Shown here: positions 55,150-64,000 of the stretch, piece by piece
Layout of the letters: each line of letters opens with the position of its first letter
How positions within the stretch are numbered: the first letter of the stretch is position 1
NCBI GenBank assembly: GCA_973895155.1
Contig: OZ316893.1
Span: 2,686,430 to 2,750,429, forward strand
Origin: Marsupella aquatica
Taxonomy: Eukaryota; Plantae; Marchantiophyta
DNA length: 64,000 nt
Reading direction: 5' to 3'
The notes under the pieces: model-generated
Seen by the model: only the letters and a program-made list of their open reading frames with translations
Told to the model about the DNA's origin: nothing
Database searches by the model: none
Program-made: the position numbers and the translations under genes

Positions 55150-55998
55150 CTAGAAGTGCACGCTGCATGAGTGCAAAACGTTGGATAGTTGCTAGGTGCT
55201 GTCTTTTCGTTGTTGGCACTTTCTGTAACGGCTGCAATGAACGACGGATATGCAGTGCGCTGAGTGCAAACCCTGGATATTTGCAAGGTGCTGTCCTTTC
55301 CCCTTTTTGCACTTTTTGTAAGGGCTGCAATGAGCGACAAATATTAAGTGTGCGCACTGCATGAGTGCAAACCCTGGATATTTGCAAGGTGCAGGCTTTC
55401 CCTTTTTTGCACTTTTTGTAAGGGGCTGCAATATATGAGCCACAAATATTAAGTGCGCACACTGCATGAGTGAAAACCCTGGATATTTGCACGGTGCATC
55501 CTTTCCCTTTTTTGCACTTTTTGTAAGGGGCTGCAATATATGAGCCACAAATATTAAGTGCGCACACTGCATGAGTGAAAACCCTGGATATTTGCACCGT
55601 GCATCCTTTCCCTTTTTTGCACTTTTTGTAAGGGCTGCAATATATGAGCCACAAATATTAAGTGCGCACACTGCATGAGTGCAAACCCTGGATATTTGCA
55701 CGGTGCATCCTTTCCCTTTTTTGCACTTTTTGTAAGGGGCTGCAATGAGCCACAAATATTAAGTGCGCACACTGCATGCGTGCAAACCCTGGATATTTGC
55801 AAGGTGCGTCCTTTCCCTTTTTTGCACTTTTTGTAAGGGCTGCAATGAGCGACAAATATTAAGTGTGCACACTGCATGAGTGCAAACCCTGGATATTTGC
55901 AAGGTGCTGTCCTTTCCCTTTTTTGCACTTTCTGTAAGGGCTGCAACGTGTCACGAATATGTAAGTGCAAAACTGTATAAGGGTGTATTCACAGTAGT
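55150..55998. repeat. ~100-105 bp tandem array (~8 copies), ending near a possible CACTA terminus
   Basis: Unit GTGCGCACACTGCATGAGTGCAAACCCTGGATATTTGCA..CCTTTCCCTTTTTTGCACTTTTTGTAAGGGCTGCAA..CACAAATATTAA; followed by CACAGTAGTG (reverse complement CACTACTGTG) at 55989-55998. Confidence 0.9.
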
Positions 55999-58900
55999 GT
56001 GTAAAGCCCACAATTCCTTCCACTTACAATCAATGATAAGTCCCAGTCATTTTCATGAGGAGTACATTTGTACTTATGAGATATCACAGTTAGGGTAGGG
56101 ACGTAAATTCCGGAAGGCAGTGACAAGGCCACATTGTTTGTACACTCTTATAGAGAAATGCAAATTCCACGTGTTTGCATTTATGATGTAGTGAAAAAAC
56201 CTCATTTAGTGCACACTGCAGGGGTTCTCCACAGTAATATGTGGGTGAAGTTTGAGCTACATTAGTGCACTTTCTTTATTAGTACTATTATATTTGTCCA
56301 CAAATCGTTCAAGTATAAAAAATCACACATTCGTTTGGATTTATCCACCTCAGGTGTCGGACAAAGTGAAAGACAAGGATATCTTTCACAAGAATTGGGC
56401 ACAGATTCACCTCTGTGGGGGCATCCTGCTTCCCCCAAAAATCTCACCCTCTCCCACAAAATAGTCATTTCTTGCTCATTGCTTTAATTTTTTTGATAGG
56501 AACATTATTGACAAATTATTGTAACCTGGACCCACCAGGTTTTGAAAATGAACAGTACATGGCAATTTAACTTAGAGATAGGACCACCAGGGTAGTCTCC
56601 AAGGCATGTTTTTTTCTGAAGTCATCTAGTATACACGTTCTTTGGTATTTCTCTGTAGCTCTGTACACATTTTCTGCCTAGGGTTAGAGAAAAGAATTAT
56701 CACCAGCCATGCATCATGCTCTCGAATGAGTTGTGGAACTTAACCTAGAGTACTACACACTTTCTACTTTCCCTTGTAAGAAATTCTGGTTCCTGTTCAC
56801 CAGTTCAGATAAAAGAAAATTGATAACTCACTTTGCATCCTGTTCTTGCGCGGTGTCTCCCAACACTTATCTCGCTAGATTCCAAGACGAAATCTTGCTG
56901 GATTCCAAGACGAAATCTTGCTGGATTCCAAGACTAAAAAGGGTTCATCACTCTTTGAGTGAAATTAGTTAGGTTTTCTATCTTCCATTCTAGTTTCACA
57001 CCTAATCATAGACCCATTGCCAAAATCTACCCTCATCCCTAAATATGGAGAGATCTGACAGTCAGAAAAATGAATCTAAGATAATGAATTTTCCTAACAC
57101 AAGGTGCCATGAGCAACAATGGCGAACAAGAAAAAACCTTTAAAGCTACCCTTGTACCCACCCGTCAGAATTATTTATACGTTTTGTTGTGCACTGAACT
57201 GATGAGTGTTTGCGTCATGAGCCACGCGGCTTCTGTGGCTGATTGGGTAGCCCAATGCGAACTGATGAGTGTATGCGTCTTGAGCCACGAGGCTGATGTG
57301 GCTCATTGGTAGAACAACGCGCCTGCAAGAATTTCATGATCGTGTCGTCCTGCCTCCTCAACAGACAGCCTCCTCAACAGACAGCCCCGAATCTTCCTCA
57401 GGCCCCTTAATTTTTAATAAGTTGAATTTTCAGGGCTAGATACCAAAACTACTGTAGGCGACAAGGTCCCAAGGGTCAGGTGAAGAGACCCGCGAATTGA
57501 AGGATGACGAGGTCGATTGCCAAATCTCTGCATGCAATCTGAATGAATTTTAAGGCGCCGGTTTAGTAAGATCGCCGGCTTATCGCAACCCCTGCTACCT
57601 TGAGTTCTCTTTTGGACTCTCTCGAGCTCTTTTGCTTTTACTCCATTGTGCTCTGTCTGGAACTTTTCAGTAAAATTGGTCCTTCTTCCACACTTTTGGC
57701 CTTAAAAGATTTCACTGAACAACATAAAGCGGTGCCCCCAAAACGAAAAAGCCCCAGTGGGTTTGAGTTCTCTGTTGCCTCCAAAAGAACAAGGTACAAT
57801 ATTGGGAATCCAGGGCGTTGAAGTTACATTCAGTGGCCAAGATTCACTGAGAGTACAGCAGGTTTATCTGCTTGCTTAGTGTATAAGTCAAGCTAAATTT
57901 CTACACTTTTGGGTCACCTACAGGTAAGTTATTTAAAAGTATTTATTCGAAACGGAAAAGAACACTTTCCTGTCATAGCTGTGGAAGAGATCACGGCGGC
58001 TCCCGGTTGGATCTGCAAACGAGAAGAGACTACTCGCATGGCTTGATGAGCTTGGGCCAGGCCGGGATAGTGGGTACGCCGGTACGGGGCGGGGGCCTTG
58101 CAGGGCGGGGCAGGGCATGATTTTGAGGCTGGTCATTAGCCTTTTTTCCTTTCTGGCATTGGCATGTCAGAACTGAGACAAGAGACAAGAGCTGGATTAC
58201 CTAGAAAGTACACTTCAGGTAAAGTACTTCGAGACCAGAATTACAGTGGTGATTTGAAGACGGCAGCAGTATCCATTCCCCGGTCTGTCTGTTAGGCAAT
58301 CCATCCATCCGTTGCCCTGCATCCCCCTGCACCCTACCCTCCTGCCCTACGTGCGTGCGGGTTCGCTGCCATCGATTGCAATCAATGCCGCGAAGGGAAG
58401 AACATCAACTTCAACTTATTACTCGTGAGGCAGACGCTGGTGCGGGAGCAGCACCGCACCAGAGTTTCTATAAAGGCTGTCAAGCGCGAAGTAATATACC
58501 AAGTAACTTGTTGCTCATCGCGGGGTGCACACCACCAGTCCATCCTCATTCTAATCCGAGATTGTTTGATTGCATGATCTCGAGAGCTGGGCGTGAAATT
58601 TTCACTGTCTTCGATGGCTGGCTAGATCCATTGATCAATGATCGTTGGGTAGTCCTTTTGAGCTAGTCAGCTTTGTAGACTCCTTGATCCAACAGCTGTA
58701 CCACGAAGAGACGAAGTACTCAGTAGACATGTATGGGAGAGAAGGCCTCGTGGCCTGGATCGATTGATGCCGGCCAACTAGCTTGTACGTGATAGTACTG
58801 TAAGAAATCCCGACCTGAATCGTGGTCTGGAATGAGTTACAGCAGCAGCCAGGTCAACTGACTGTCAATTCCGTGATTTCGTTTGCTAAGAGACAGCTGG

Positions 58901-59099
58901 TGGGGGATGGTAGTCTATTACCGATACAGCACCAACTGTGTGTATAACGGAAGTTGTAACTCACTTTAGAAACCGATGTAGTGGAGATTTCTCGATCATT
59001 GTCATTGCATAGCATGACAAATCGGCCTCCGCAGATTTACAGCAGAATCTGCGGAGGGCGATACAGCAGGAGGCAGGAGGGCGATTTACAGTAGAAAAG

Positions 59100-62000
59100 T
59101 CCATAGCTCGACTTAGACGTGAGATGCAATGCGAACAGCGCACTACTCTGTGTCTCGTGTCATGAGAGATTAAGTCCTGTAGACGTGACCTTTGTGAAGA
59201 TGGTGTGCGCAAGGGGTGACTTCCTTATTCCGGCAGACGGTCTTTGGGTCGCATAGATTGGCACGACATCCACTGTTGTTTTTCGCCATGCTGTAAACGC
59301 AAAGGGTTGAGACGTTGTCGTCCATGTATTTCATCATCCACCCACATATGGCGGTGTACACGGATGATGATGGAAAACATGCTCTTCCCTTGCGTTGATT
59401 TGCTTCTTGAGTTGAAATCCAGTACTAGGTGCCGTGCCAAGCTGTGTGCAATCCAAAGACCCTCCTCCGCTCCGCCGTGTTGGCTTCCAGAGTAATCGAC
59501 CTTCCCAACTTCATGGATTGAGAGAGTGACGGCAATAGGTTTATATCCATTCCCGTTAGAGTATAGCCATTTGGTGTTATCGTGTTATTGTGAGAGCGAA
59601 TCCCTGCAACTACCAGAATGTTACAGCACGTTAGTAGGACGGTGTATCGTACATGTGATTGTTATCTCGTTTAACTCTTAGTAGCATTAGTTGTTCGTCT
59701 CTTAAGTGTGATCCGAAGTCTCGTCATGATCTCTGTTGCGATGGTTGAGCTATGAAGCGTCAGGAGACTCTACAGACTGCCCAGCGCTAGCTGGAACGTC
59801 GAGGAAAGGGGTGGCAATCTCGAATGTTGCTGGAACTTCTTGTAGTTACAGCAGTCTACAGATCGGACAGTTGTTTACAACTCAGCTGTAAACGTGAAGC
59901 CAGTGAACTACTTATTCTCTTCTGTACATATGATTGCTGGAATATAAGTTGGTCTCGGCATATGAGCTTTGAAACTCGCATTTGGGCAATACTCAAGAGG
60001 TGTCACTTGTTCGATTGTTATCTCGCTTACCCACAGCATGATTTGTTCGTCTCATAAGTATAATCCGAATTCTCGTCATGATCTCGTTTGCCATCGTAGA
60101 CCTAAGAAGCTTCAGGAGACTCTACAGACAGCCCCAGAGCTAGCTAAAACGTCGAGGAAAGGGATGGCAATCGTGAACGTTGCTGTAACTTGTTATAGTT
60201 ACAGCAGTCTAGACATCGGTACTCTCTACATTTGTCTAGGACTCTGCTGTAAACGTGAAAGCAATGGACTATTTATTCTCTTCTGTACATTTTGATTGCT
60301 GGAATTCCAGTTGGTCTCGACATATGATCTTTGAAACTGTCACTGTCATTATGCAATACTCAGGGGTGGCAGTCGTTCTGTTGTTATCTCGCTTACCTAC
60401 AGCATGATTTGTTCGTCTCTCAAGTATGATCCGAATTCTTGTCATGATCTCGGTTGCCATCCTTGAGCTAAGAAGCTTCAGCAGACTCTACAGACAGCTC
60501 CAGAGCTAGCTAGAACGTCGAGAAAAGGGATGGCAATCTCGAACGTTGCTGTAACTTCTTGTAGTTACAGCAGTCTAGACATCGGTACTTTTGAAAAGAT
60601 TTTTACTACATTTGTCTACAACTCTGTTGTAAACGTGAAACCAGTGGACTCTTTATTCATTTATACATGTAATTGCTGGACTTCTAGTTGGTCTCGACAC
60701 ATGGTCTTCGAAACTCGCATTGAGGGGTGTCACTTGTTCTGTTGTTATGTCGCTTACTACAGCATAATTTGTTCGTCTCTTAAGTATGATCCGACTTCTT
60801 ATCATGTTCTCGGTTGCCATCGTTGAGCTAAGAAGCTTCAGGAGACTGCCCAACAGCTAGCTAGAACGTCGAGCTAGGAAAGGGATGGCAATCTCGAACG
60901 TTGCTGTGACTACAAAAAGTTATAGCAGTCTAGACGTCGGCAATGTACAACAGATATTTTCTACATGTGCCTACAACTCTGCTGTAAACGTGAAACCGAT
61001 GGATATTTGTTCATTTGTACAACCTTCTGTGTACGTGAAGCGAATGTCATTCATTCATTCAATCCTTGAGTTCTTATTGACTGAAACTAAGTGAAGTACT
61101 AGTAATGGGATCTGAAACTATCGACCTGTATTGAGGGTAAGGTTGTCCGGAATAATACTGTCATCCATTATTACGTAATGGAGAGGGGTAGGGAATACCA
61201 GTTCGAGAGAGGGATGGAGAAGGATTACTGACCAAAGAAGGAGCGTAGTCATTCAATCTTTGTGATCTGGTATGCAGATTTCCATGCTGTAAACATGAGA
61301 TTTTCCGTATTAAGCATGAGAGTCACGTATTTAGGATCACCAAATGATGATATATGTGGCTTGCGAGACACTGAAGCATTTTTTTCATGTGTGGAGCTTA
61401 ATGCAGTGTTTGCAGTGTTGTCAAGCTCGATACGTACAATAACAAAGACTGTTGGACTGCCAGTGCATATACTGCAGTCAATGTTGAGTTCCAATTATTT
61501 TACAGCAGCTGTTTGGCGTGCAGTGTCATCTCCTTAGCTATTCACACTAACTCTCATCTAATCCTCATCCCAGATGGGGTACAGTATCTCCCCTGGATGG
61601 ATTCAAGGCTATCAGATGATTTTGAAATGAAGAGGTTTTTGGCAAGAATCTCCTCACCAGTTTCGTTGATGATAACCGTAAACGAGCTACATCCTGTCGC
61701 TTCCCATTCCATCAGCGAGTACAGCGTAGCTGCTGTTGTCATCCATCAATAGCTTTGGGTATTGCTTGGTTTAAGGGAAGAATTGCGCGCACACTTAGTG
61801 ACAGTTGGTTGAACGTTGCTACCCATTTTAGTAAACTGGACGAGTGTACAGTTATGAAACTTCCCATGAGCCATATGTTGGAAAATGTCCGCGCCCATAC
61901 CATTGCTCGTCTGAAACAGCTGATATTCATACGATATCCTGGAGAACTAATTAAGTGTTTGTAACGTGAATGTGCGGACACACGAGGGTTCTAGCTAGGT

Positions 62001-62800
62001 ACTCCCCTTTGTATTAGTGGGCCTGTGGATGGCCCAATGTTCTTTTCACAGAGCTATCAATTCGAACCACCCTGAAGTGGAGGTGTTACAGCTCCACTAC
62101 AACTGCAAATGCATGAAACCGCATTTTTGAAGTGACAGTGGAGACGCGGCGTGTTTTGGAGTCATGTAACAAACACAGGAGAATCGCACTAAGTACCATT
62201 CCAGCCGGCCCATTCTTCAATGACAGACAGTTCTGCCCAGATCCGTAGCAAGGTTTCCCCCTCGACTCCAAGGCTCACAAGTCTGGAATTGTAACCGGGG
62301 AATTTGTTTGGGCTATAAAATTTTAAGATTTAAAAGGATTTGTCATACCAAACTCTGACTCAACCTGGTCCCGTCCATGGGTCTGCTACAAACTGTTCAG
62401 AAAGAGTCGATGAGCCCAACCAAGTCACCAATTGAATATGCAAGTGCTCTGCGAGTCCACGAGCCTTAAGGCAGCCATGCACACCTCCGGAGTTGATACC
62501 CAATGCATCAATCACTATCTTCGTTGGGTCTGTGATTTTCTTCTGTGTCACGAACACAGCCTGTCTGAGTATTGTGGATTACAGATATCTACGGTAGTCA
62601 TGGACCCACTTGTGTGATGTTCCTTCAAAGCATGGACAACTTTATTGTCGGTTTTGCAATGTCCCTTGAGCTCCTCAAGCTAGAGTTGCTTGCAGTTTTC
62701 TCACACTCCATACGAACAGGACTGATTATTATGCAGCTAGGACTTTCTCACAATGTGAACAACCCTTGATTGTGCATCCGACCAGGATTGATGATTAACC
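59100..62800 (-). pseudogene. Possible decayed TORNADO1-like (LRR-Roc-COR) gene
   Basis: Remnants in the expected order on minus: VVHALKEH (LRR-like), TRR..SIGDLVG (Roc G3-like IWDLAG), FTVIINETGEEILAKNL (COR-like), GWMMKYM..CAHHLHKG (C-terminus-like). All are weak. Confidence 0.3.
59650..61030. repeat. ~360-bp tandem array, ~4 copies
   Basis: GTTATCTCG..TTGTTCGTCTC..GTCATGATCTC..GAAGCTTCAGGAGACT..GAACGTCGAG..GGCAATCTCGAA..GTAAACGTGAA recurs from ~59661, 60017, 60383 and 60743. Confidence 0.9.
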
Positions 62801-62959
62801 TGCTAGGACTTTCTCACAACACGAACAAGATCTCATGATTGTGCTGTTTGGAGTTTCGTACATTGCTTACCAACAGGACTGATGATTGTGTTTTTGTTGC
62901 TTTGTGTCAATTTTATATATTGGCTGCAAGAAGAGGTACTTTTCGTACATATGTATTTG

Positions 62960-63910
62960 AGATTTTCTATATTTTCATTCTTTCTCATATAATAATTATT
63001 TATCGATAAATTTTTTATATTTATCATAATATTATTGTTTTTATTTATGAATTAAAAAATAAGTAATTTAGATTAATTTCATTACATTTACTGATAATTA
63101 TCAATGTACATAATTTAAAATTGAATTACTTATATATTTTTTAATATTATATTAATTATTTCGATAATTTATCAATGTGGAAGTTAAATATTTTCATTCT
63201 CTCAATTTTTATTAATGTTTTTATTCAAAGTTAATCTCGTAAAATATATAATCTCTATATTCATATAAAATAGATTCAAAATTATTTTCAAAGAAATTAA
63301 ATTTATTTATTACATTTTTAATATAATAATAATTATTAAAATAAAATAAATAATAATTAATTTATTTATGATAAAATAATTTTATAATTTTATAATTTTT
63401 ATAATTTTATAATTTTTATATATTGTTAAAATTATACTTTATAATAATATTATATATAAAAATTAAATAAAATATAAATTAATTTTTAATAATTTTTTAT
63501 TTTAATTTCCTTTATTTTTAAATATATTATTTATATAAAATATTTTAAAAATTATATTTATATTTAAATTTCTTTACAAATCCATATATTGTATATGATT
63601 AAATTATTTCATAAAATACAAAAATATAAATTTAAAAAAATTAAAATTTTAAATAATTTTATTATATATCAATAAATATTATTTAATGATAATTAATTAT
63701 AAATAAATAAATCATATTAAATCAATAATATGAATTTAAAAAAAATTAATTTAAGAATTTCTAAAATTATGTATATTTAATTATAATTCAAAATTTAAAT
63801 TGAAACTCTAAATTTTGAAAACATTATATATATTTTATAATACTTCGTAAATATGACAAAATTATAATAAATATTTATTTTAATTTTTTTTATAATATTT
63901 AAATACAAAC
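62960..63910. repeat. Extremely AT-rich low-complexity tract
   Basis: Nearly all A/T, with (ATAATTTTT)n micro-repeats and no ORFs. Confidence 0.9.
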
Positions 63911-64000
63911 CTTTGACTATAGTATGTCCATTGTACTCATTACAAGAGCATTATAAGATTTTGTCACCTAGTTGTCCCCTGGTAAAGAAAGTACAATTTG

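Noticed and set aside
55026-55970. Cys/Lys-rich repetitive ORFs
   Set aside because: Translations of the ~103-bp array; the period is not constant modulo 3 and frames switch.

Overview
Eukaryotic, land-plant nuclear DNA; a bryophyte/liverwort origin is plausible but is only an inference. The window is rich in transposable elements and holds three recognisable host genes: an 8-exon plastid HSP70 (minus, 21807-25141), a VQ-motif protein (plus, ~15558-16307) and an intronless AIG1/Toc34-like P-loop GTPase with a degenerate second G-domain (plus, 36402-37865). The most striking object is a sharply bounded 9.6-kb hAT DNA transposon (3643-13254; TIR CCCGGTTTG, 8-bp TSD CATGTGTG). Besides its BED-finger DDE transposase, it carries two intronless cargo genes on the opposite strand: a protein kinase with an unusual HCDLHFGN catalytic loop, and a coiled-coil/RING-H2 protein. 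Both arms carry a mirrored ~45-bp motif triplet and G-rich subterminal arrays. All three element genes are disabled by a few point stops and one frameshift. Also present: a young full-length Ty1/copia element (43497-49991, 421-bp LTRs, TSD ATTTT), related solo or degenerate LTRs, a MITE, L1 LINE remnants, several tandem arrays, probable decayed LRR / TORNADO1-like pseudogenes (low confidence) and a very AT-rich tail.
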